Positions 50,855-59,314 of a stretch of 64,000 nt of DNA are shown here, piece by piece. Numbering within the stretch: the stretch's first letter is position 1; every line of letters begins with the position of its first letter. The stretch comes from an uncultured virus (IMG/VR IMGVR_UViG_3300005613_000039) (taxonomy: Duplodnaviria; Heunggongvirae; Uroviricota; Caudoviricetes): IMG/VR virus record IMGVR_UViG_3300005613_000039; one strand, written 5' to 3'. Below the pieces are notes generated by a model, which saw only the letters and a list, made by a program, of their open reading frames with translations, had not been told where the DNA came from and searched no databases. The position numbers and the translations under genes were made by a program.

Positions 50855-51511
50855 TTATAAGTTTTTAGTTATTTCGTAAAAAGTTTTTGTTAAATCTTCA
50901 ATTGCATTCTTTAGTTTGGCCTTTTCTAATTCTTTATTATTTAACAGTGCCACGACAACATCTTTGGCATTCATTGATGCGGTTCTTTTATCTGTCGCCT
51001 CTTCGTCACGATAAGAAGACTTTTTAAATGTTGATTCTTTTGCTTTTTCAACTTTTTTAGCTTCAACTTTAACATCTACAATCTTTCCATTAGCTAAAGA
51101 AGCAGTGATTGTATTTTTTGCAATAACACCCATTGACTTTAAATCTTTTTTCTGCAAGTTATCAGAAAAATTTGTCCATTTCTTATCACCAACAAACTTT
51201 AAACCGTATTGACTAACACAAAAAACTTCTTTTGTGATTGTTTCGTCAACTTCGTCGCTAGATTTTGATTCAGTTTGAGTAGATTCTTTCTTTGTTGTTC
51301 CTTTAACTTTTCTTAAAAAAACAACTTCGTCGTTCTCGATAATGACATTAACTGTATCGTTCTTCATGACTGGATACTTATCAAAGTCGCTCACTTGCAT
51401 AACATTGTCAGCAACTTGAATAGAATCTTCTTCTCCATCAAATTTAATTAATGATTTTTTTGGGATGAACCACGCTACAACTTTTTTAACTGTTTTGTTC
51501 TTTGCCATCAT
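50855..51511 (-). CDS. Hypothetical protein with internal duplication (candidate ssDNA-binding protein)
   Basis: Two related ~55-aa beta-rich segments; near the 5'-3' exonuclease gene. Confidence 0.45.
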   Translation of the reverse strand: MMAKNKTVKKVVAWFIPKKSLIKFDGEEDSIQVADNVMQVSDFDKYPVMKNDTVNVIIENDEVVFLRKVKGTTKKESTQTESKSSDEVDETITKEVFCVSQYGLKFVGDKKWTNFSDNLQKKDLKSMGVIAKNTITASLANGKIVDVKVEAKKVEKAKESTFKKSSYRDEEATDKRTASMNAKDVVVALLNNKELEKAKLKNAIEDLTKTFYEITKNL

Positions 51512-51926
51512 TATTCTCCTTTATTTGTTCCTGATATTCGGCTTCTAAGCCGTCACAATATTCATCGTCAATTTTATTTATACTATTGATAATATCACGA
51601 AAATTGTCATCGAACGCATCTAATTTCATCTGATAACTTTTTTTCATGTCCTCTTTAGCTTTTTCGTAATTAGCAATAATATTCCCTTTAGTAAAAGTTT
51701 GCTTTAACTTTTCAATGACATGTGATTTAGCCTCTTCGATATTCGTATAAATTTTATCCTCATCGATAGTCACGAATTCTGCATAACCATAAGGTCTAAC
51801 TATATATTTGATAATAACATTTTTCTGAGTATAATGCAGAATAATTTCATCTATTACTCCTTTAACAACAAGATTTCTGTGGATAAAGTAAATTACTTGA
51901 TTCATCGAGTATTTTGCTTCGTTCAT
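51486..51926 (-). CDS. Hypothetical protein (paralog of 27431-27739)
   Basis: EAKYSMNQVIY..KGVI. Confidence 0.55.
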   Translation of the reverse strand: MNEAKYSMNQVIYFIHRNLVVKGVIDEIILHYTQKNVIIKYIVRPYGYAEFVTIDEDKIYTNIEEAKSHVIEKLKQTFTKGNIIANYEKAKEDMKKSYQMKLDAFDDNFRDIINSINKIDDEYCDGLEAEYQEQIKENNDGKEQNS

Positions 51927-52789
51927 TTTTTCTCCTTTTTCTTACGATTCTTTCTTTTTTCTAATAAATTTACACAATAATCATATGTGATAACTTTATC
52001 TTTTTCATAAATCTTTAAAAATTTCTTTTTTGCATCTTTAAAGTCGGGAAGATCATCTAAATTCAATTCTTTTTGAGATAAATTATTCAAAATATCTGTT
52101 ATTGCGTTCTCAATTTCAATGGGCAATTCTAAAAGATTAATTATTTTATGTCTTAGCCAAGCATCATTTTCTGTATCATTTTGCTTATCAACAATAATAT
52201 TGTCAGATACATCTCCTAATCTAACTTTATCAGCGATAATTTTTAAAGGTGCATCGACTTTTTCATACATGCCTTTTCCACCTTTACATTTTTTTGTCAT
52301 GTTGAAAATTTTTACATTTGAATAGTAAGCTAGTTGATGCAAATCTTTATCAATGGTAACAATTATAACCTCTTTATCTTTGTAAAATCGACAACATACA
52401 CTGCAAATATCGTCAGCTTCTGAATTCCATTCTCGAACTACATGCCAATTTGTTGATACATTTAGAGCATTATTAACTTCATTTAATTTTGCAAATTGCC
52501 TATCCCAGTTAATTAATTCATGTTTTTCTCTGGCTTCTGCACGTTGAGCTTTGTAATATCCCGCAACCTCTTTTCGCCACGATTTTCCTTCTGTTGCTAA
52601 AATAACAATATCATCTTTATCGACTCCAATTCTTTTTAAAGCACTTAACAGACTGGTAAAGTAGACGTAGTGAGCGGGAGGAACAAATATATCAAAGTTT
52701 GATTCCTTCTTTTTAATTATCTGTCTTTCCCAGTTAAACACGCATGGAAAAAATAAAGTTGAAGTATCTATACAAATCACTTTCGACAT
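51923..52789 (-). CDS. 5'-3' exonuclease / T4 RNase H-like (FEN family)
   Basis: ICID, SWR..YKAQR, EADD, TIDKDLHQL, GDVSDNI; probable start MICID. Confidence 0.88.
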   Translation of the reverse strand: MSKVICIDTSTLFFPCVFNWERQIIKKKESNFDIFVPPAHYVYFTSLLSALKRIGVDKDDIVILATEGKSWRKEVAGYYKAQRAEAREKHELINWDRQFAKLNEVNNALNVSTNWHVVREWNSEADDICSVCCRFYKDKEVIIVTIDKDLHQLAYYSNVKIFNMTKKCKGGKGMYEKVDAPLKIIADKVRLGDVSDNIIVDKQNDTENDAWLRHKIINLLELPIEIENAITDILNNLSQKELNLDDLPDFKDAKKKFLKIYEKDKVITYDYCVNLLEKRKNRKKKEKK

Positions 52790-53004
52790 TTTTTAACTTT
52801 CTTGTATCTTTTTAATAATTTTTTACCTAATTTCATAACTGTATCATGTAAATTATTATCGTTACATTTTTCATAATGACAGTATTCTATTTTAGATTTT
52901 TTATCAATTAAAAATCCGAACATAGCAAGAATCTTGTTGTCAAATAAGATGGGATCAGACTTGTAATAAATAATGTAATTTTTAGTTTCTTCTAATATTC
53001 TCAT
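52777..53004 (-). CDS. Hypothetical protein
   Basis: ORF track. Confidence 0.45.
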   Translation of the reverse strand: MRILEETKNYIIYYKSDPILFDNKILAMFGFLIDKKSKIEYCHYEKCNDNNLHDTVMKLGKKLLKRYKKVKKCRK

Positions 53005-53005
53005 T

Positions 53006-53362
53006 TTATTTCCACTTTATTATACGTTTACGTGTATATGCTTTTTTAAATTTATACATAAAATAACAAAATTTTAAATATGAAATAAAATCTAATATCA
53101 TTCCTTTATTTTCGAATCGAATAATACCCGCATGTATTTCGTGCGTTGAATAATCCTTGGCAAAAAAGGAATGCCAGGAATCGTCGTAAGTCATTTCAGA
53201 AAGATATTTTTGGAAATATTTTTCGAAAATTTTATAATCTGCGTAGCCATAAGCATCGCAGAAAATTTTGACTTGAGAAATATGCATAGACCAGTCTACT
53301 ATTCCTACCAAAAAAAGACAAAGACAAGGACTAATTATACAAGTGATTATTATTGAAATCAT
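53006..53362 (-). CDS. Hypothetical membrane protein
   Basis: AGGAGG SD; hydrophobic N-terminus. Confidence 0.55.
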   Translation of the reverse strand: MISIIITCIISPCLCLFLVGIVDWSMHISQVKIFCDAYGYADYKIFEKYFQKYLSEMTYDDSWHSFFAKDYSTHEIHAGIIRFENKGMILDFISYLKFCYFMYKFKKAYTRKRIIKWK

Positions 53363-53565
53363 AAAAGCCTCCTTTTATTACTTTACCCAAAACTTCCACC
53401 ATTTTCTTTTGTAATATTTACAAGTTCCATCACTTAAACCGCTCGAATCGACCTATTATTTTATTACTAACCAAATTAATTTTAAAATTAACTTCATCTT
53501 TTGATAAATTAAATCTTAAATCTTCTTCTAAATATTTTTTCAACAAATATTTAATTCTTCTTTTT

Positions 53566-53748
53566 TTATTCTTCATCAATAAAATCCTTATATTCAGCTT
53601 TATAAGCTTTTTCTATCCATTCATCTCTATATCTTTCGAAAGTAAGAATATATGTTTCTCCTATTTCTATTTTTTCTTTTGAATAGATACAGTATAAATG
53701 AGAATTTGTATAATTTGTTTTAGTAATTTTACTTTTCATTTTTATCAA
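53566..53748 (-). CDS. Hypothetical protein
   Basis: ORF track; C..E.IE.GE.Y pattern. Confidence 0.45.
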   Translation of the reverse strand: MIKMKSKITKTNYTNSHLYCIYSKEKIEIGETYILTFERYRDEWIEKAYKAEYKDFIDEE

Positions 53749-54226
53749 TTTCCGTATAAGGTTTTAGAGCGTTGGGGTATTTTTCAATGATTTCTTTCGC
53801 TTTTAAATTTAACTCTTGTATCCATCCAGTTTTAACTTTTGGAGGTCTATCATCAATCCAATTTTCATTTAACATACTGTCTCTAAGAACAACTAAAGTG
53901 GCAACAGCTTTTACAATATGATTTACTCCCGAGTCTCTGTCAATGTCTTCGCCCTCCCACCAAGCAGTCAAATGACGAAATAATGCGTCATAGTATACAC
54001 TGGCTCGAACTCCCACAATTCTATAATTATGGCGCCCATATTTTCTGGCACCCTCGAGCATTGCATTTCCTATCTCTGCTATAACTGGGGAAGGAACTGT
54101 AGAAAAAGGAACTTTCTTTGTACCAACTGCATCTTTGGGATTCGAATCTTTTGTTTTATTTTCTAACTTAGGTCTTGATTTTGGTTTAGGTCTTTTTCTT
54201 TTGGGCCCATAAGATTTAAATAACAT
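53729..54226 (-). CDS. dATP/dGTP diphosphohydrolase-domain protein (DUF5664-like)
   Basis: NPKDA.G..K.P..EGA.KYG..N.R..YYDA..RHL.AWWEGEDID.DSG..H..DDRP. Confidence 0.85.
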   Translation of the reverse strand: MLFKSYGPKRKRPKPKSRPKLENKTKDSNPKDAVGTKKVPFSTVPSPVIAEIGNAMLEGARKYGRHNYRIVGVRASVYYDALFRHLTAWWEGEDIDRDSGVNHIVKAVATLVVLRDSMLNENWIDDRPPKVKTGWIQELNLKAKEIIEKYPNALKPYTEIDKNEK

Positions 54227-54441
54227 TAATCCCTCACTTTCTCGTATTCATAATTAGATTTAATATTTCTCATGAAATAACTTCCAATCGAATCGGCAAA
54301 TAATAAAGAAATGATTTCATCTGGCATAACTTCTGAGTATTGATAAATTGCTCCTCTTGTAAATTCGACTTCTAAAATTAATTCTGCTCTATCATATCCA
54401 ATACTTGCAATCGAACTACTTTCAACTTTTATTCTTTTCAT
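54226..54441 (-). CDS. KTSC domain protein
   Basis: VESSSIASIGYD..LEVEF..G..YQY..V..A.SIGSYF..NIK. Confidence 0.9.
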   Translation of the reverse strand: MKRIKVESSSIASIGYDRAELILEVEFTRGAIYQYSEVMPDEIISLLFADSIGSYFMRNIKSNYEYEKVRD

Positions 54442-54674
54442 ATTATTTTCTCTCTTTGATAATCATAAACTGCTTGTGAAATTTTATCGCACATTTTCAT
54501 AAGAGTTTCATAATTTTCTGGTTTATTATTTTGTAAGCCATGTCCGTGACCTGAAGTATATAGATCACACATATTAGCATAAGTAAATGCTTCTGGATGC
54601 GATGGATTTTTATAAAATTCAGATAATTTCTTTAATTTTTTACAATGCCCACATTTTTTCTTTTGTTTATTCAT
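54438..54674 (-). CDS. Hypothetical protein
   Basis: CGHCKK.K.LSEFY. Confidence 0.5.
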   Translation of the reverse strand: MNKQKKKCGHCKKLKKLSEFYKNPSHPEAFTYANMCDLYTSGHGHGLQNNKPENYETLMKMCDKISQAVYDYQREKII

Positions 54675-55350
54675 ATATAGCTCCGGCCAGGCGTCTGTAA
54701 AAAGATTCTAAAACTTTCTTTTCTAGCAATTCATCTACACTGCTCACAATCCAAGAAGCTTGTTCTGTAAAAGGATGACTTTCGTATGCTTCCCTTTTGT
54801 TATCAGGTACAATCAATACAACAGGTTTTTCTTTTTCGTATGCCCAACACAACTCAAAATAAGTACCCATTGATGGTCTATATTCTTCAATCTTATGAAT
54901 TAAATCAATTAATTTTCTCATTAAATCGTCTTTAGAATCCGTTGTGTGTGGTGTATATTTATACATGTCATCTAAAAAGAAATCATCTAAATTAGCAACT
55001 ACAATATCACATTTATTAACCGACATTCTATCACCATGAAAAATAGCATGAGCGGGAATGTGAGACTTCAATCCTTTTTTGTCGATAGTTTTAACTTCTT
55101 TACCATTATAAGGATCAAGAAATGCAATAGGAAATGATAAATAACCATTTTTGATATCGTGCAATCCAAAAGCACTTTTAACTTTAAAAGTTAACTCTTC
55201 CCATTCTCTATAATATTTTCTAATTCTTTTTCTCCACTCTGTTGTCTCTTTTAATTTTTCTCCGCTCATGTAGCCAGCCAAATAGACGTACATTAATGGA
55301 AGATCAACACCTTTTGAATGAGCATATTTAATATCGGGATTAAAATTCAT
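54667..55350 (-). CDS. Nucleoside 2-deoxyribosyltransferase-like protein
   Basis: VYLAG, D..CDIVVANL, SMGTYFEL.WAY..KPVV; start taken at MNFNP. Confidence 0.75.
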   Translation of the reverse strand: MNFNPDIKYAHSKGVDLPLMYVYLAGYMSGEKLKETTEWRKRIRKYYREWEELTFKVKSAFGLHDIKNGYLSFPIAFLDPYNGKEVKTIDKKGLKSHIPAHAIFHGDRMSVNKCDIVVANLDDFFLDDMYKYTPHTTDSKDDLMRKLIDLIHKIEEYRPSMGTYFELCWAYEKEKPVVLIVPDNKREAYESHPFTEQASWIVSSVDELLEKKVLESFYRRLAGAIYE

Positions 55351-55625
55351 TCTACATCTCCATTTTTTAAAATAGCTGACGATTCGTAAGGAGCAATTAA
55401 TCGGCGATATATTTCCAAAACACAACAAACCAATGTACCAACGATTAAAGCGAAAATCCAGTATCGTTTACCATTTTTTCTTATCCATGCCTTAACTAAT
55501 CGATAGTTTAAATAATTAACATGACCAGCGAAATCTTGAGCTGATAAATTAGTATAATGATTTTCTAGTTCTAAACCGCCCGAATCAGTAACTTTTTCTT
55601 TTTGACATTTTTTAAGATATGGCAT
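55347..55625 (-). CDS. Conserved phage hypothetical protein
   Basis: MPYLK..G..NY..E.YRR..APYE..I.KNGDV. Confidence 0.65.
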   Translation of the reverse strand: MPYLKKCQKEKVTDSGGLELENHYTNLSAQDFAGHVNYLNYRLVKAWIRKNGKRYWIFALIVGTLVCCVLEIYRRLIAPYESSAILKNGDVE

Positions 55626-55841
55626 TTATTTCTCCCAGTTTATATGTCCATTATGCTTTTCAGATTGATTTCCTGCGATTTCTTTTATATCTCTAAAAAG
55701 ATGATCAACTAAATCTTCTGTTAATCCACAAGCAAATCGTCTGTTTTCAGGATTATTTTCGTCACGAATAATTTTAATACTTTTTGAAATAAGTTTTAAA
55801 TTATCAATTAATTTTTCGTAATCATATGAAGAAAGAGACAT
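55626..55841 (-). CDS. Hypothetical protein
   Basis: ORF track. Confidence 0.45.
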   Translation of the reverse strand: MSLSSYDYEKLIDNLKLISKSIKIIRDENNPENRRFACGLTEDLVDHLFRDIKEIAGNQSEKHNGHINWEK

Positions 55842-56245
55842 TATTCAACCCACTTCCAAGTATAATCACATTTACAATCAGTATTAATTACTTTTCTATT
55901 ATTAAATCTAAAATAAAGACAACCGTCGCCGTCCCACTCCCATGCACAAACTATTTCATAAGGGTCGAAAATTTTATGCCCATCAAAACTACAATGTCTT
56001 TCTGTTATCTTCAAATGATAAACATGTAAAGTATTTTCAGGACAAATTACTTTTTTAGCTTCATTATAAATTTTACCCGATTTAACTTCTTTTAAGTGTT
56101 TGTTTACTTCAAAAGTGGTATAACATCCTGTATCTTCACAATTACCAATAAAACATAATTCTCTTAAAGCTTCACCAAATTTATTAGAATCTTCTGTTTT
56201 TAATAAATCTACTGTTTTCCAATCACAAGGAATACTTATTTTCAT
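55841..56245 (-). CDS. Hypothetical protein
   Basis: ORF track; WDGDG..NTDCK. Confidence 0.5.
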   Translation of the reverse strand: MKISIPCDWKTVDLLKTEDSNKFGEALRELCFIGNCEDTGCYTTFEVNKHLKEVKSGKIYNEAKKVICPENTLHVYHLKITERHCSFDGHKIFDPYEIVCAWEWDGDGCLYFRFNNRKVINTDCKCDYTWKWVE

Positions 56246-56757
56246 TTTATTTTTTCTTTCTCTTTAACTTTAGCAATATATTGTTTATCTTTTTCGTCTA
56301 ATTCTGCTTCTAATGATTGATTCAAATCTTTATTCTCTTTTCTTGTTTTCTGTATTGCCTTCATTAATCTTTTTCCAACAGTTGAAGCTATACCTGTAGC
56401 TCCTTCTAAAATTCTTCCAACAATAAAACCAATTGCAGAAGGGCAAAAGATGATTAACGCAATAAAAATCCAAAAGGACCAACCAGCAAGATTGTTAATA
56501 AAAGATTTAATTCTTTCGACGATTGTCATGCGTCTTTCTTCTTTATTATACCCTTCCTCATAAAGATAAAACCCCTTTGAGCAATAAGTGATATTTCCTA
56601 GCGAATCAAATTTAGCCTCGCCTTTACAGACATTTTTTGCTTTCGATTTATTAACACTTTGAGGAACTGTGTTTGGAGAATCGAACGTCACACGAGGTAA
56701 AAGACTACATCCTGTTAAAAGAAAGCAACTTAAAAAAATAATAATTAATCTTTTCAT
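56242..56757 (-). CDS. Lipoprotein with an internal transmembrane segment
   Basis: MKRLIIIFLSCFLLTG-C lipobox; WSFWIFIALIIFCPSAIGFIV TM; charged C-tail. Confidence 0.65.
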   Translation of the reverse strand: MKRLIIIFLSCFLLTGCSLLPRVTFDSPNTVPQSVNKSKAKNVCKGEAKFDSLGNITYCSKGFYLYEEGYNKEERRMTIVERIKSFINNLAGWSFWIFIALIIFCPSAIGFIVGRILEGATGIASTVGKRLMKAIQKTRKENKDLNQSLEAELDEKDKQYIAKVKEKEKIK

Positions 56758-56954
56758 CTTTCTCTCTCCCATTTTAAACAATCATAACAGCACTTATAAT
56801 AATTATCTGATGAATTATTTAACATACAAAGTTCTTCGCAATATTTCATTCTTTCTTTTCTTAATTCTTTTTGAGTTTTAACAATTTCTATAGTAGTATA
56901 CATGCAAACTATTATCAGTGCTGATACTAACACATATGGAATTAAATCTTTCAT
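56754..56954 (-). CDS. Small membrane protein with Cys motifs
   Basis: AAGGAG SD; N-terminal TM; CxxxC..CC..C. Confidence 0.5.
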   Translation of the reverse strand: MKDLIPYVLVSALIIVCMYTTIEIVKTQKELRKERMKYCEELCMLNNSSDNYYKCCYDCLKWERER

Positions 56955-57139
56955 TTTATTCTCCTTAAATAATCTTCATGTATCCAAGCGTTAACCTCTA
57001 CAACATGATAAGAATTAACATCATGTAAAGACTGAATTAAATATTTATTGCAATCATTAAAATCTATAACTTCGCCTTTTACTCCTTTATAAAATCCACC
57101 AATTACTTCAACTTCGTCATAGAATTTAAATTTCGTAAT
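56951..57139 (-). CDS. KOW-motif small protein, apparent ATT start (missing from ORF track)
   Basis: GAAAGGA SD, ATT, TKFKFYDEVEVIGGFYKGVKGEVID..; TGA overlaps next ATG. Confidence 0.55.
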   Translation of the reverse strand: MTKFKFYDEVEVIGGFYKGVKGEVIDFNDCNKYLIQSLHDVNSYHVVEVNAWIHEDYLRRIK

Positions 57140-57153
57140 GTTTTCCTTTCTTT

Positions 57154-57184
57154 AAGTATAACATATTAAATTAGTCTTTGTCAA
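57154..57184 (-). promoter_or_regulatory. Sigma70-type promoter (TTGACA-18-TATACT, extended -10)
   Basis: Minus strand TTGACAAAGACTAATTTAATATGTTATACT followed by SD. Confidence 0.7.
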
Positions 57185-57352
57185 TTGTCCAAAAATGATA
57201 AAATTTCAAAAAAATGTAAACAAATGTATATAAAAGCAAAAATATGCAACTAAATGTCAAAAAACATAAGCCTTTAACCACAAATCTTAACATTTGATAA
57301 ATTACTATCAGACAGCTTCTAAAAATATAGCATAATCGTGTCAGAATTGCTC

Positions 57353-57556
57353 TCATGAAGCTTTCCCCTGTTTAATGATAAGCAGATAACCCTTTCCGCC
57401 ACAAAGCGGACACAAGTCAATTGTACGATATTTCTTCTTTACTTTTACTTTAATAGTTCCCGAACCTTGACACATTGAACAAAGAACACGCTTCTTAGAT
57501 GACTTTTTCATAGAACTCCTTTGATTTGACTGGGTAGCATTCTTTTTTCTTTTCAT
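57353..57556 (-). CDS. DnaJ-type Zn-finger small protein
   Basis: CSMCQGSG and CPLCGGKG; AAGGAG before MKKSS. Confidence 0.6.
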   Translation of the reverse strand: MKRKKNATQSNQRSSMKKSSKKRVLCSMCQGSGTIKVKVKKKYRTIDLCPLCGGKGYLLIIKQGKAS

Positions 57557-57589
57557 ACATTTTTTTCTGCATAATTGTATAAAAATTAG

Positions 57590-57630
57590 CGAAAACTTTA
57601 GTTTTCGAAACGAGAAAATCTTTAGATTTT
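57590..57630. repeat. Two related inverted repeats in AT-rich intergenic gap (candidate origin/operator)
   Basis: CGAAAACT-TT-AGTTTTCG (57590-57607) and AAAATCT-TT-AGATTTT (57615-57630). Confidence 0.6.
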
Positions 57631-57715
57631 TGAAGTTTATAAAAAGATGTTTTATTACTATATATGTTTTATTAAATGATATAAATTTTTCACTACGTTA
57701 ATTTTATTTTTTGTA

Positions 57716-58051
57716 CTATCTAGCTCTAAATCTGAAGCCATTTAATTTAAAATAATCATAGGTTCGTAATCTACTATGTTCGTAATATCCTCTTTTCACA
57801 TCGATAAATTGATTTTCGATTAAAATTTGTTTAGCCTTACTCACACAGTTACGACTCATATGACTATCTTCTTCTAAATTTGAAAGACTTCTATAAAACC
57901 ATCCATCTTTATTAGCATGTCTATTGGCTAATTTACATAAAATTGTATAAAGATGTTTCGCAGAAATAGGCATTTTTTTGAATTTAACATCTTCAAAAAC
58001 TTCATGAGGACAAAAAAAGTTATTAATGGTTTGACGATTTTGTATTTTCAT
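57716..58051 (-). CDS. Winged-HTH protein (replication initiator N-terminal-like)
   Basis: FF..P..SAK.LY..L..DGWF.RS..L..MSR..V.KA..L..FI pattern. Confidence 0.7.
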   Translation of the reverse strand: MKIQNRQTINNFFCPHEVFEDVKFKKMPISAKHLYTILCKLANRHANKDGWFYRSLSNLEEDSHMSRNCVSKAKQILIENQFIDVKRGYYEHSRLRTYDYFKLNGFRFRAR

Positions 58052-58054
58052 ATA

Positions 58055-59314
58055 TTATCCTTTCACAACAGCTAATGGTTGTAGCTTAACTACGATATCA
58101 ACTAAATCTTTCTGTTCTTTCATAACTACGTCAATATTTTTATAAGCACTTGAGGCTTCATCTAAATTTGATTTATGTCTAATCGCATGAAGAACTCCCA
58201 TATCATCTAATTTTTTCTTTTCTTCTTCTAAATCTAATATCTCTCTTGCTTTTTTTCTACTCATTTTTCTGCCCGCTCCATGAGAACAAGATTTAAAAGA
58301 TTCTATATTACCCTTTCCTTTAACGATATAAGAAGCTGTGCCCTGAGAGCCTGGAATTATACCTATTTGTCCTTCTTTTGCAGAGGTAGCTCCTTTTCTA
58401 TGAACAACTACATTTTGACCAAAATGATTTTCTAATTGAGCAAAATTATGATGAATATTTATAAAAGAGTTTCTTGTTTCTTGTAATCCTTGAAAGTCAT
58501 TATCAAACCATCCTTGATTAATCATTATTTGAAGAATATTTTTCATCATTAATGTTCTACTTGCACGAGCAAACTCTAAACAATATTGCATTTCTAATAA
58601 ATACCTTTGCCCCTCACTACTATCTAAAGGTAAAAAAGCTAATCCATCTTGACCTTTATATTCAGGAATATTAGAATACCATTTTTTACATAATTCTTGA
58701 GCTAATTTATTATAATGTTTAGCAACTTTATATCCTAAATTTCTGCTTCCTGAATGAATCATTATCCAAATATATCCATCAGATCCTTTTTGAATTTCAA
58801 TAAAATGATTTCCTCCGCCTAAAGTACCTAGCTGTTTTAATGCAGAGTTGTATTCTTGATGTACTATAGGATATTTTTTTTCTAAAATTTCTAAATAATC
58901 GCATGTTCTATTTGTGGGACTACCAATATCAGGCATTAAAAATTCTTCTTGAGCTTTTTTATGATGATTAAATCCAACAGGAACATTACTACGAATTCCT
59001 CCTTTATATTCTTTTGAACCATCTAATAATTTTTTAAGCATGTCAGCAGTAACATTTTCATATTTAATCGAGGTCTTAACTGCACACATTCCACATCCAA
59101 TATCGACACCAACTGCATTAGGAATAACAACTCCCTTAGTAGCTATAACTCCTCCAATAGGCATACCATAGCCTTGATGAGTATCCGGCATTAAACATAC
59201 TTGCTTAAAAATAAAAGGAAGTTTACTTAAATTTCTAGCCTGTTCTATAGCTCCTTCTTCTGGTTCATTACACCAAGATTTAATAGGAACATTCTGTCCT
59301 TTGAATATTTTCAT
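58055..59314 (-). CDS. rtcB: RtcB family RNA ligase
   Basis: PDTHQGYG.PIG, VGVDIGCG, GTLGGGNHF, HSGSR, HHN, HRKGA, SHGAGR. Confidence 0.95.
   Translation of the reverse strand: MKIFKGQNVPIKSWCNEPEEGAIEQARNLSKLPFIFKQVCLMPDTHQGYGMPIGGVIATKGVVIPNAVGVDIGCGMCAVKTSIKYENVTADMLKKLLDGSKEYKGGIRSNVPVGFNHHKKAQEEFLMPDIGSPTNRTCDYLEILEKKYPIVHQEYNSALKQLGTLGGGNHFIEIQKGSDGYIWIMIHSGSRNLGYKVAKHYNKLAQELCKKWYSNIPEYKGQDGLAFLPLDSSEGQRYLLEMQYCLEFARASRTLMMKNILQIMINQGWFDNDFQGLQETRNSFINIHHNFAQLENHFGQNVVVHRKGATSAKEGQIGIIPGSQGTASYIVKGKGNIESFKSCSHGAGRKMSRKKAREILDLEEEKKKLDDMGVLHAIRHKSNLDEASSAYKNIDVVMKEQKDLVDIVVKLQPLAVVKG

Noticed and set aside
53729..54226. Z-genome (2-aminoadenine) system
   Set aside because: No PurZ or DatZ recognisable in the window; DUF5664 alone is insufficient.
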